From NCBI RefSeq assembly GCF_963921235.1, contig NC_086097.1, positions 153,328,001 through 153,392,000 on the forward strand: a stretch of DNA of 64,000 nucleotides, in the 5' to 3' direction. Shown here in pieces: positions 51,946 through 64,000 of this stretch (positions are counted from its first letter, which is position 1; each line of letters opens with the position of its first letter). Under the pieces are notes generated by a model. The model saw only the letters and a program-made list of their open reading frames with translations, did no database searches and had not been told where the DNA came from. The stretch comes from Mobula hypostoma (taxonomy: Eukaryota). The translations under genes were made by a program, and so were the position numbers.

Positions 51946-52719
51946 ATACTTCCTTCTTCAATCTCTGTGCTAACACACACAGGCTCATCCCATAACTATC
52001 AATGCAGTTAATAAAACTCCAAGGGAGTTAAATTGATGATCCTCAGCAAACTGAGTGGAGATCACAATTAACATTGTGGTAAGGTTGAAAGTTAAATTCA
52101 TGCATCCTGCTGCGTTATATGATTGCTATGTCAGCCAACACCATCTATGAATGCTGTTCTTTGCCTATGTGTATTAACATGGTTCCAGTATCACAAATAG
52201 CAATTGCCAATTAAAGGGAATTTGCATCTCTTAAAGAGAAGTTGAAATGAGCATGATCATCTGATAATGGAATTGCTATTGGATGCAAAATGAAAAGAAG
52301 GGGAGTAAGCAGAAAGATTTTCTGTTAGTATAGTGGAATCCTTTTGGCAATAAGTGGCAAAAAGATGGGACATCCCATATGAGGTAAGATGATCTCCAGA
52401 AATAGGTTCAAAAGGTATTGATGAAAAGTAGTGGCAGCTGTTAATATTCATAATTTTGGTCCAAGAACATGAATGAAATGAAAACATATCTGACCTCTGT
52501 CATCCAGATGATTGAGTTAGCTATCCAAACGTAGGGATCAAAGAAGGTAAATTTCCAAGTACCAACTGTTAACCTGCACACTAGTTATGAAAGATGAACT
52601 TCCTCAGCAATGAAAATTGGTTTATCGGTGACATTAGGAACACCATGGATTGTCTATCATGGGTATAAAGTCAACGCCATTCATCTTTTGGTGTTGAATC
52701 ATTTGAGTCATAATGTGAT

Positions 52720-53185
52720 TGTCTCCTCTGCTCTCATGGTTAAGGTTATCCTGGTCTGGTATTGCAATTTGAATGTGCAGAAATTCAAGAAATTTCAGAG
52801 AATATTGAACTTAGCCCAATACATCATGAGTACATCCCTCTGCATCTTTGGAAGTATCTCCTTGAGACAACATCTGTCATCAGAGACCCCCACTACCATG
52901 CCATCTTCTTACAGCTACCACCAGGAAGGAGGCACAGAATTTTAAAGTCCCACATCAATTGGTTCAAGAACAATTATCTCACTTCAACCATTCAGTTCTT
53001 GAACCAACTGGGATATCTTTATTCACTACCCCACTATAACTATACCATGACCATTTTGACACTTGGTACAATGATGGACTTAATTTGTTCTGATCGTGTT
53101 TTGTGTGGATAACTTTAGATAATTTATGTGGTTGTATTAAACCTGTGCATATGTGTACTTGTACATGGAACAATAAACTCAACTT
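52720..53185 (+). mobile_element. Old Rex1/Babar 3' fragment
   Basis: IRDPHYHAIFLQLPPGRRHR...NWFKNNY. Confidence 0.65.
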
Positions 53186-53499
53186 TCATCATCTTTTAAG
53201 TCTGGGAGCCAGCTGTTACACTGGCTTCCGCTTGCTATTTGTTAACACCACTTAAATACTTCCCATACTTCAAAGTGTGATCACAATGATTTATATCGTG
53301 AACCATTCACTACAGTGAGACAGAGCAAGAAAGCTGTGTCATTTTGCTTCACAATATTGCATGTAAGAAAAAGCAAAGGAAAACTGTGGACTTTGCATGT
53401 TCTTCTTCTGACTGCATAGAGTCATGTGCCCTGCTGCAAGATATAACTGATTAACATTTATATAATAAGAATGCAGCTTTAGATACTGTTGAGGAAGAC

Positions 53500-56400
53500 A
53501 ATCTACTGCGGAGAGCCACGTGACAAGAGCTCTGACCTCTGACATTGGGACTGGTGTTGTGGTTCAGAAGAGCAGATAGCTGAAGAGGACTACACTGTTG
53601 ATAGGAGATTCCCTAGTCAGATGAACAGAAAAGAGATTTTTTGGAGCAATAGAGACACCTAGATGGTATGTTGCCTCCCTGGTAACAGGGTCAGGGATGT
53701 TTCAGGTTAGGTCTGTGGCATTCTCAAGGGTAAGAGTGAGCAGACAGAGGTCTTTGTGCATATTGGCACTAATGACATAGGTAGACAAGGTGAGGAGGTC
53801 CTGAAGACAGAGTTTTCGGAGTTCAGTAGAAAAATGAGAAACAACACCTCCAAGGTAGTGACCTCTTCCAGTTTAAGATGGCGCTACCGAAGATGTGTGA
53901 CAGCTTCCTTGTGGTTTTAAAGCAAAGGGATTGATTTAAAACATTATTAAAAGCACTTTTTAAAGAAATAAATTGTGGTAACTATCACCATAAACAATGA
54001 AGAGGTAAGGGAAGGCAAAGCAAATTTGTAAGATGTGACCTGCTCGTGCACTGCAATATGGACACACTTGGAGTTGGAGAAGATGAGACAGAGGAGCTCC
54101 GATGCCCATTCAACTAACCCGGGAGTGAGGGTGGATCACTCTAAGTGGATCACTCTGATTTGGAGAGGTTGAGAGCGGCTTCTTTGGCAGCAAAATCTAG
54201 ACCCGAAGCGAATCGCTGGTGGCGTGTTCTAGGCCCAGAGCGATTTGCTGCAGCAGAGCCCAGGTCCTAATGCGAAGCACAATTCGCTGTTTGGACGATC
54301 CAAATGGTGCCCTAGCTAGACTGGAAAGGCTAGGTTGCATTGGTCTGTGCACCGTGCTGATTTGAAGAGGTTGAGAATGGCTTCTTCAACAGTGAAAACT
54401 AGGCCAGGAGTGGTTTGCCGCAGTGGAGCCCGGGCCCGAATGCGAGATACAATCCATTGTTTGGCCAATTTAAATGCCAGCCCAGACAGACCAGGGATCC
54501 TCTCTCCACAGCGCTAAGGCTGTGAGCCTGCTCCCAACTGCTGTGCTTCATGTCTGCAAGCTTTGAGGTGATTTGCCCCACTAATTTGATTAACTGAATA
54601 CTGAGGTTTTGGGTCTACTACGGCTGCTCTGGGAATCTAAGGACTCAATTTGGTTTGGCATGCTATTGTTTTTGCTCATTTCTATTGTTTGCATAATTTG
54701 TTTTGTTTTTTTATCTCTCTCTCTCTGCAATTGGTCTTATTATTTTTAATTGGGTTCTTTTGGGCTCCTTGCTTTGCAACTACCTATAAGCAAACAAATC
54801 TCAAGGTTGCATAACTTATACATAAGTGTACTTTGAATCTTTGAAACTAGATTGCTGCCTGTATCACGTACTGATGAGGGGAAACATAGGATGATTTGGC
54901 AGGTGAATGCACGACTGAGGAACTAGTGGAGGGCACAGCAGTTTAGTTTTATTAATCGTTGGGAACTCATCTGGAGAATGTATGACCTGTAAAAAAGGGA
55001 TGGGTTACACCAAAACCTGAGGGGGTCCAATATCCTTGTGGGCAGGTTTGCTAGAGTTGCTTGGGAGGGTTTAAACTAATTTAGTAGAGGGATGGGATTG
55101 GAGTGATAGTGCTGACAATAAAGCAGTTGGTTTACAACTAAAGGTAGTGTGTAGGGAGTCCCTAGCAAGGAGAGGCTGATGATAGGGCGGAATTGCAGTC
55201 AACAGGATGAGTTGCAATGTAAAAGGCAGACAAAGTCAAAACAGGTGAGTACAGGACTGAAGGTGTTATATTTCAATGTGCACAATATATGGCATAAGGT
55301 AAATGAACTTGTAGCACAGTAACAGGTTGGCATGCACGATGTTCTGGGCATCTCTTTATCATGACTGAAAAAGATTAGAGCTGGGAGCTTAATTACCAAG
55401 GATACACATTGAATCAAAAGGGCAGGCAGGTAGGCAAAGGGGATGGAATTGCTTTGTTGGTAAAAAAATGAAATCAAATCATTAGAAAAAGGTGACATAG
55501 GATCAGAAGGTGTTGAATCATTGTGAGTAGAGCTAAGAAACTGCAAGGGTAAAAAGACCTTAATGGAAGTTCTGTACAGACCCCAAAACAGTAGAAAGGA
55601 TGTTGTTCCTACAAGTCACAATGGGATAGAGAAAATGCATGCCAAAAGAGTAATGTTACAATAGTCATGGGAGATATCAATATCCAGTTAGGTTGGGAAA
55701 AACAGGTTGGTGCTGGATTGCCTACGAGATGTTTTTCTTTTAGACCTCGTGGTTGAGGCCACTAGGGGATCAGCTATTCCGGATTGGGTGCTGTTCAATG
55801 AACTGGAATTGATTAGAGAATTTAAGGTAAAAGAATTACCAGGGGAAAGTGATCATAATATGATCAAATTCACCCTGAAATTTGAGAAGAAGAAGCTAAA
55901 GTCAGATGTATCAGTATTACAGTGGAGTAAATGGAATTACAGAGGCAAAAGAGAGGAATTGACCAAAATTGATTGGAAAAGAACACTGGCAGGGATGATG
56001 ACAAAGCAGCAATGGCAGAAATTTCTGGAAGCAATTCGGAAGGCACACAATATATATACACCAAAGAAGAAGAAGAAGTATTCCAAAGGCAATATGTCAC
56101 AACTATGGTTTCCAAGAGAAGTCAAAGCCAACATAAAAGCTAAAGAGAGGGTATATAATTGAGGTAAAATTAGTGGGAAGTTAGAGGATTGGGAAGCATT
56201 TAAAAAACAACAGAAGGCAACTAAAAAACTCATTAAGAAGAAAAAGATTGAATAAGAAAGTAAGGTAGTTAATAATATGAAAGAGCATACCAAAATTTTC
56301 TTCAGATACATAAAGTATAAAAGAGAGGTGAGGGTGGATGTCAGACCACTGGAAAATTATGCTGGAGAGGTAGTAATGGGTGACAAGGAAACAGCGATGA

Positions 56401-57735
56401 ACTGAATAAATATTTTGCATCAGTCTTCACTGTGGAAGACACTAACAATACGGTGGAAGTTCCAGGGTGTCAGGCGTCAAAAGTGTGTGAAGTTGCCATT
56501 TCTAGGGAGAAAGCTCTTGGGAAACTGCAAGGTCTGAAAATAGATAAGTCACCTGAACCAGATGATGTATATTGCAGGGTTCTGAAAGAGGTGGATGAAG
56601 AAATTTTGGAGATATTAGTAATGATCTTTTAAGAACCAATAGATTCTGAAATGGTCCCAGAAGACTGGAAATTTGCAAATATTACTCCACTCTTCATGAA
56701 GGGAGAGAGGCAGAAGAACAGAAATTATAGATTAGTTAGCCTGACCTCAGTGGTTGTGAAGATGTTGGAATTGGCTGTTAAGTATGTGGTTTTGGGGTAC
56801 TTGGAGGCACATGATTAAATAGGGCTTAGTCAGCAAGGTTTCCTCAAGTGCAAATACTGCCTGATAAATCTGTTGGAATTCTTTGAAGAAATATCATGCA
56901 GAATAGACAAAAGAGAAACTGTTGATGTTGTGTACTTGGATTTTCAGAAGGTCTTTGACAAGGTGTCACACGTGAGGCTGATTAACAAGTTAAAAGCTCA
57001 TGGTATTGCAGGAAAGATTCTAGCATGAATAAAGCAGTGGCTGATTGGCAGGAGGCGAACAGCCTTTTCTGGTTGGCTGTCAGTGACTAGATGTATTTCA
57101 CAGGGATCTGAGTACGGACCACTTCTTTTTACGTTACCTGTCAACGACTTGGATGATGGAATTGATGACTTTATTGCAAGGTTTGAAGATGATATGGAGA
57201 TAGGTGGAGGGGCAGGTAGTTTTGAGGAAGTAGAGAGCCTACTGAAGGATTTAAACAGATTAGGAGATAGCACAAAGAAGTAGCTTGTCATATGAAGAGC
57301 ATTTGATGGCATTGAGCCTGTTTTCACTGCAATCCAGAAGAATGAGGGGTGATCTCATTGAAACCTATCAAATGGTGAAAGGGTTTGATAGAGTGGATGT
57401 GGAGACAATGTTTCCTGTACTGGAGAGTCTAAGACCAGAGGACACAGCCTCACAATAGATGAGCGTCATTTTAGAACAGAGATAAGGAGGAATTTCTTCA
57501 GCTAGGAATTGGTGAATCTGTGGAATTCCTCATCACAGGCAGCTGTGGCCGTCAAGTCTTTACAATATTTAAGGCAGATGTTCATAGATTCTTGCGTGGA
57601 CAAGGCATGAATGAATGCAGGGAGAAAGCAGGAGATTGCGGCTGAAAGGAATAAGGGATCAGCCATGATGGAATGGTTGAGCACACTCGATGGGCCAAAT
57701 GGCCTAATTCTGCTCCTATACCTTATGGTCTTATG
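53500..57735 (+). mobile_element. Near full-length decayed CR1 LINE (ORF1 SGNH esterase, APE and RT)
   Basis: IGDSLVR, MVCCLPG, VHIGTNDIG; APE VMGDIN and [23 protein letters not shown]1 3' tail; internal deletion near 57280. Confidence 0.93.
53865..54845 (+). mobile_element. About 1-kb non-coding insertion with a Rex1-like 3' tail inside CR1 ORF1
   Basis: Starts cttccagtttaagatggcgc and ends aatctcaaggttg...ctttgaatctttgaa; CR1 ORF1 resumes afterwards. Confidence 0.7.
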
Positions 57736-59552
57736 TATGACTGCTGTTATAGTTTAATATGCTAGGTGCATATTCTTAGCTAAATGCTCATATGTTTGAT
57801 CAGAAATAATACTATCTTGACATGTTTAGTAGTCTTCATGGAGCCATTAAACTTCGGTACTCCATAGTAATAATGCAACCAGCGGTCTCCATGCATATAC
57901 AGATCTCCTGTGACCTAAGTGAGAGTGGCACGCCCTCTGCGGATCCGCATAATTACGCCAAGTCTGAACTGTTCCTGAGAAGGGAGGTGCAGTGCAAACT
58001 TCAGTAGTTGTTCTTAGTGTTCATGCTCATCAATAATCAAAAAGCCATCTTAGTTACCTTATTTCACAAGTCTCCATTGATTAGTAGCAAGGTGAAAAGG
58101 AGAAGCTTCAAATGAGCTTAATGCTTACTGTGGGTGTGCAGTAAGACTGCTGAGGAGATGAATGTGGATGAGTGTGTGCCTACAAAGAATTACTATACAT
58201 TCCCAAAACAAAAGACGTGGAAGAACCAGGAGGTATGTCATCTACTGAAGGCTAGATCTATGGCATTGATGTCTGGCGGCCCAGGCCTCTATCAGGAAAC
58301 CAGGTATGATGTACGGAGGGCTATTTCAAGGGCAAAGAGACAACTTTGAACAAGGTTGGAGGCGACATCGGATGCATGGCAACTTTGGGAGGGTTCGCAA
58401 GACATTACTTCCTACAAAGCGAAACCCAATAGTATGAATGGCGACGATGCTTCACTATCAGATGAACTCTACGCCTTCTATGCCCACTTTGAAATGGAGA
58501 ACACAACTACAACTGTGAAGATCCTTGTTGCACCTGATGACCCTGTGATCTCTGTCTCAGAGACCAAAATTAGACTGTCTTTAAAGAAAGTGAACCTTCA
58601 CAAGGCAGAAGCTCCCGATGGAGTACCCGGTAAGGTTCTGAAAACCTGTGCCAACCAACTAGTGGGAGTATTCAAGGACATTTTCAAACTCTCACTGCTA
58701 TGGGTGGAATTTCAACCTCTCACTGCTATGGGTGGAATTTCCCACTTGCTTCAAAAAGGCAACAGTTATAGCAGTGCCTAAGAGGAATAATGTGAGCTGC
58801 CTGAATGACTATCACCCGGTAGCACTCACATCTGCAGTGATTAAATGCTTTGAGAGGTTGGTCATGACCAGACTGAACTCCTGCCTCAGCAAAGACCTGG
58901 ACCCGCTGCAATTTGCCTATCACCACAATAGGTCAACAGCAGACACAATTATCAATGGCTCTCCACACGGCTTTAGACAACTTGGACAATATAAACACCT
59001 ATGTCAGGAAGTTGTTCATCTACTCTAGCTCAGCATTTAATAGCATCATTCCCACAACCCTGACTGAGAAGTTGCAGAATCTGGATCTCTGTACCTCCCT
59101 CTGCAATTGGAGTCTCAACTTCCGAACTGGAAGACCACAATCTGTGCAGATTGATAATAACATATCCTCTTTGCTGACGATCAACAATGGCGCACCTCAG
59201 GGGTGCGTGTTTAGCCCACTGCTCTACTCTCTATATACACATGACTGTGTGGCTAGGCATAGCTCAAATACCATCTATAAATTTGCTGATGATACAACAG
59301 TTGTTGGTAGAATCTCAGGTGATGTTGAGAGGGCATGCAGGACTGAGATATGCCAGCTAGTGGAGTGGTGCCACAGCAACAACCTGGCACTCAACGTCAG
59401 TAAGACGAAAGAGGTGATTTTGGACTTCAGGAAGGGTAAGACAAAGGAGCACATACCAATCCTCATAGAGGGATCAGAATTGGAGAGAGTGAGTAGTTTC
59501 AAGATCCTGGGTGTCAAGATCTCTGAGAATCTATCCTGGTCCCAACATATTT

Positions 59553-60200
59553 AAAAATGCAAACACGAGGAATTCTGCAGATGCTGGAAATTCAAGCAAC
59601 ACATATCAAAGTTGCTGGTGAACGCAGCAGGCCAGGCAGCATCTCTAGGAAGAGATACAGTCAACGTTTCGGGCCGAGACCCTTCGTCAGGACTAACTGA
59701 AGGAAGAGTGAGTAAGGGATTTGAAAGTTGGAGGGGGAGGGGAGATCCAAAATGATAGGAGAAGACAGGAGGGGGAGGGATGGAGCCAAGAGCTGGACAG
59801 TTGATTGGCAAAAGGGATACGAGAGGATCATGGGACAGGAGGCCCAGGCAGAAGGAAAAGGGGGAGGGGGGAAAAACCCAGAGAATGGGCAAGGGGTACA
59901 GTCAGAGGGACAGATGGAGAAAAAGGAGAGAGAGAGAAAGAATGTGTGTATATAAATAAATAACGGCTGGGGTACGAGGGAGAGGCAGGGCATCAGCGGA
60001 AGTTTGAGCAGTCAATGTTCATGCCATCAGGTTGGAAGCTACGGAATATAAGGTGTTGTTCCTCCAACCTGAGTGTGGCTTCATCTTCACAGTAGAGGAG
60101 GCCATGGACAGACATATCAGAATGGAAATGGGACATGGAATTAAAATGTGTGGCCACTGAGAGATCCTGCTTTCTCTAGCGGACAGAGCGTAGGTGTTCA
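59553..60200 (-). mobile_element. Penelope-like element, 3' end
   Basis: LEEQHLIFR...QPDGMNID GIY-YIG C-terminus, pyrimidine-rich UTR, hammerhead, conserved terminal segment. Confidence 0.88.
59659..59694 (-). ncRNA. Minimal type I hammerhead ribozyme motif
   Basis: Minus strand AGUC-CUGACGA-A-GGGU(CUCG)GCCC-GAAAC-GUU-GACU: both core boxes, stem II and stem I pairing are present. Confidence 0.8.
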
Positions 60201-61129
60201 GCAAAACTCAAAAACTGCTATTGATGTACTGTGGTGAGCATTCTGACAGGCTGCATCACTGTCGGTATGGGGGTGGGGGGTGGCTACTGCACAGGACGAA
60301 AAGCGGCTGCAGAGGATCGTAAATGTAGTCAGCTCCATCTTGGATACCAGCCTACAAAGTACCCAGAACGTCTGCAGGGAGTGGTGTCTCAGAGAGGCAG
60401 CATCCAATATTAAGGACCCCCAGCACCCAGAGCATGCCCTTTTCTCACTGTTACCATGGCACACACTCGGTGCTTCAGGAACAGCTTCTTCCCATCTGCC
60501 ATCCGATTCCTAAATGAACATTGAATCACCCTTGGAACCTACCTCACTGTTTTTCATATACAGTATTTCTGTTATTGCACGTTTTTTAATCTATTCAACA
60601 TATGCATACTGTAATTGTTTTACTTTTTTTTCTGTACTATATTATGTATTGCAATGAACGGCTGCTGCCAAGTTAACAAATTTTGTGTCACATGCCAGTG
60701 ATAATGCACCTGATTCTGATGCTGACTATATTCCAAATGGACACCCTTATCTTTGCTTTCCTTTGTTGAATTTCCTTCTACATTCTTCGTAAATATGACA
60801 ACCAAGAGTTAATGCAATTGAAGCATTACATTTTGTGCTTCCTGTTCTACGTCATGTTTTGCCTGTTTCTCAGTTCTGTTAGTACCAAGGTCTTGGTAGA
60901 GCGTCCATTCCATTTACTGATACTTATTATGCTTTTGCTGCGATTATTTCCTCCAACTCTGGTGACAATAAGGTTAGCTAATTGAGGTTGTGATTCTCCC
61001 ATTAAATATATGTCTATTTTGTAGCTTCTCTAAAGGCAGAAGCACCCAGAACTGTTATGAATAGGTTATTTTCTGGTAACTCGACTGTTTTAATACAATA
61101 CTGTAAGTCAATGCTTTTTGCATCTTTAT

Positions 61130-61686
61130 GCAATCTGTGGCCACTTTTATCAGGTATCTCTTGTACCTAATAAGGTGGCCACTGAGTGTATGTTTGTGGC
61201 CTTCTGCTGCTATAGCCCATCCACGTCAAGGTTTGACATATTGTGTCTTCAGCGATGCTCTTCTGCACACTGCTGTTATAATGCATGGTTATTTGAGTTA
61301 CTGGCGACTTCCTGTCAGTTTGAAACACTCTGGTCACTCTCCAACCTCTCTCATTAACAAGGCATTTTACCCACAGAACTGCCACTCACTGGATTTTTTT
61401 TTCTTTTTTTGTTTTCCACACTGTTCTCTGTAAACTCTGGAAACTGTTTATGCATGGGAGTCCCAGCAGATCGATATTTTCTGAGATACTCAAACCACCA
61501 TGTCTGGCACCAACTATCATTCCACATTTCTTCCCATTCTGATGTTTGGTCTGAACGACAGCTGAACTTCTTGACCATGTCTACATGCTTTTATGCCCTG
61601 TGTTGCTGCCATAGAATTGGCTGATTAGATAATTGCATTAACGAGCAGTTGTAGAGTTGTGCCTATAAAGTACCACTGAGTGCATA
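61130..61686 (-). mobile_element. Non-autonomous Tc1 derivative
   Basis: TIR-like gtggccacttt(t)at(c/t)aggta at both ends plus an extra copy at 61163-61190; transposase N-terminus KCLVNERG...VTQITMHYNS...MGYSSRRP. Confidence 0.85.
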
Positions 61687-62039
61687 TTGACATTAGAAAA
61701 GATACATAGTCAACTTCAAAGCAACAAATCATTACAGTAAAATTATGCCAGTTACTTTTTTTTGTTTTTCTTTGCTGAGGAACCCATTCATAACACAAAT
61801 AGTGTGATTTCCATCACCCAGGAGCCCTTAGGCAGATTTGAAATAATGTTTCAAAGTACATTTCAGCAATATAAATAAGTCATTAATTACTTCACTTTTC
61901 AGGGCAGCCAAACTGATAAACATCCATTGATGTACTAAACATATGTATATTTTCAAATTAGGGCTTGATTTTAAGTGCTGCATTAGCCCAGGTGCCAAAG
62001 GTACATAGTGGAATGGGAGTCATAATGATATGTCACCTT

Positions 62040-64000
62040 AGAAAAATAGAAACATAGAAAATAGGTGTAGGAGTAGGCCATTCGGCCCTTCGAGCCTGCA
62101 CTGCCATTCAGTATGATCATGGCTGATCATCCAACTCAGAACCCTGTACCAGCCTTCCCCCCATAACCCCGATCCCTTTAGCCACAAGGGCCATATCTAA
62201 CTCCCTCTTAAATATAGCCAATGAACTGGCCTCAACTGTTTTCCGTGGCAGAGAATTCCACAGATTCCCCACTCTCTGTGTGAAGAAGTTTTTCCTAATC
62301 TCGGTCCTAAAAGGCTTCCCCCTTATCCTCAAACTTATCCTTGTTCTGGACTTCCCCAACATCGGGAACAATCTTCCTGCATCTAGTCTGTCGAATCCCT
62401 TTAGCATTTTACATGTTTCAATAAGATCCCCCCTCAATCTTCTAAATTCCAACGAGTATAAGCCTAGTCGATCCAGTCGTTCATCATATGAAAATCCTGC
62501 CATCCCAGGAATCAATCTGGTGAACCTTCTTTATACTCCCTCTATGGCAAGGATGTCTTTCCTCAGATTAGGGGACGAAAACTGCACACAATACTCCAGG
62601 TGTGGTCTCACCAAGGCCTTGTACAACTGCAGTAGTACCTCCCTGCTCCTGTACTCGAATCCTCTTGCTATGAATGCCAGCATACCATTCGCCTTTTTCA
62701 CTGCCTGCTGTACCTGCATGCCCACTTTCAATGACTGGTGTATAATGACACCCAGGTCTCGTTGCACCTCCCCTTTTCCTAATCGGCCACCATTCAGATA
62801 ATAATCTGTTTTCCTGTTTTTGAACCAAAGTGGATACCCTCACATTTATCCACATTAAATTGCATCTGCCATGAATTTGCCATTCATCTAACCTATCCAA
62901 GTCATCCTGCATCTTCTTAGCATCCTCCTCACAGCTAACACTGCCGCCCAGCTTCGTGTCATCCGCAAACTTGGAGATGCTGCATTTAATTCCCTCATCC
63001 AAGTCATTAATATATATTGTAAACAACTGGAGTCCCAGCACTGAGCCTTGCGGTACCCCACTAGTCACTGCCTGCCATTCTGAAAAGGTCCCGTTTATTC
63101 CCACTCTTTGCTTCCTGTCTGCCAACCAATTCTCTATCCACATCAATACCTTACCCCCAATACCGTGTGCTTTAAGTTTGCACACTAATCTCCTGTGTGG
63201 GACCTTGTCAAAAGCCTTTTGAAAATCCAAATATACCACATCCACTGGTTCTCCCCTATCCACTCTACTAGTTAAATCCTCAAAAAATTCTATGAGATTC
63301 GTCAGACATGATTTTCCTTCACAAATACATGCTGACTTTGTCTGATGATTTCACCGCTTTCCAAATGTGCTGTTATCACATCTTTGATAACTGACTCTAG
63401 CATTTTCCCCACCACCAATGTCACGCTAACCGGTCTATAATTCCCCGGTTTCTCTTTCCCTCCTTTTTTAAAAAGCGAGGTTACATTAGCCACCCTCCAA
63501 TCCTCAGGAACTAGTCCAGAATCTAAAGAGTTCTGAAAAATTATCACTAATGCATCCACTATTTCTTGGGCTACTTCCTTAAGCACTCTGGGATGCAGAC
63601 CATCTGGCCCTGGGGATTTATCTGCCTTTAATCCCTTCAATTTACCTGACACCACTTCCCTACTAACATGTATTTCCCTCAGTTCCTCCATCTCACTGGA
63701 CCCTCTGTCCCCTACTATTTCCGAAAGATTATTTATGCCCTCCTTAGTGAAGACAGAACCAAAGTAGTTATTCAATTGGTCTGCCATGTCCTTGCTCCCC
63801 ATAATCAATTCACCTGTTTCTGTCTGTAGGGGACCTACATTTGTCTTAACCAATCTTTTTCTTTTCTCATACCTATAAAAGCTTTTACAGTCAGTTTTTA
63901 TGTTCCCTGCCAGTTTTCTCTCATAGTCTTTTTTTCCCCTTCCTAATTAAAGCCTTTGTCCTCCTCTGCTGAATTTCTCCCAGTCCTCAGGTGAGCCACT
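62040..64000 (-). mobile_element. Young CR1 LINE, running off the window end
   Basis: [54 protein letters not shown]; few frameshifts; (ttctatgt) tail. Confidence 0.97.

Larger units (their letters stand above)
58150..60720 (+). mobile_element. Rex1/Babar LINE, interrupted by a Penelope-like element
   Basis: [29 protein letters not shown]; 3' part at 60200-60720 with cctgattctga tail. Confidence 0.93.

Noticed and set aside
52335..52390. Possible exon ending in GAG|gtaaga
   Set aside because: Good donor but unrecognised peptide; such sites occur by chance in 64 kb
62280..62801. 173-aa plus-strand ORF
   Set aside because: Antisense shadow of CR1 ORF2

Overview
This is a repeat-dense window of vertebrate genomic DNA with no host protein-coding gene I can recognise. 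The HE1/V-SINE-like SINEs and the abundant 'ctgcagatgctggaaat' Penelope-derived ends suggest a cartilaginous fish, probably a ray (inference). Well over half of the window is decayed, often nested, mobile DNA. Non-LTR elements: many CR1 and Rex1/Babar fragments, RTE, Vingi, two Hero-type and three R4/Dong-type REL-endonuclease copies. LTR elements: a two-LTR Mag-type Gypsy relic, two chromovirus relics, three solo LTRs and a short class I endogenous-retrovirus pol fossil. Also present are a mariner MITE, a Tc1 derivative, a probable Harbinger remnant and several Penelope-like elements. The most notable observations are the minimal hammerhead ribozyme motifs in the Penelope ends (one essentially intact at 59659-59694), the ERV pol fossil at 33476-33943, repeated R4/Dong insertion at the same AT-rich site of the Rex1 3'UTR, a Penelope fold-back insertion with a 14-bp TSD, and a four-level nest with resolvable TSDs. 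I found no convincing wholly new system. Boundaries without a stated TSD or terminal motif are approximate to within tens of bases, and all family calls come from motif recognition by eye, not database searches.
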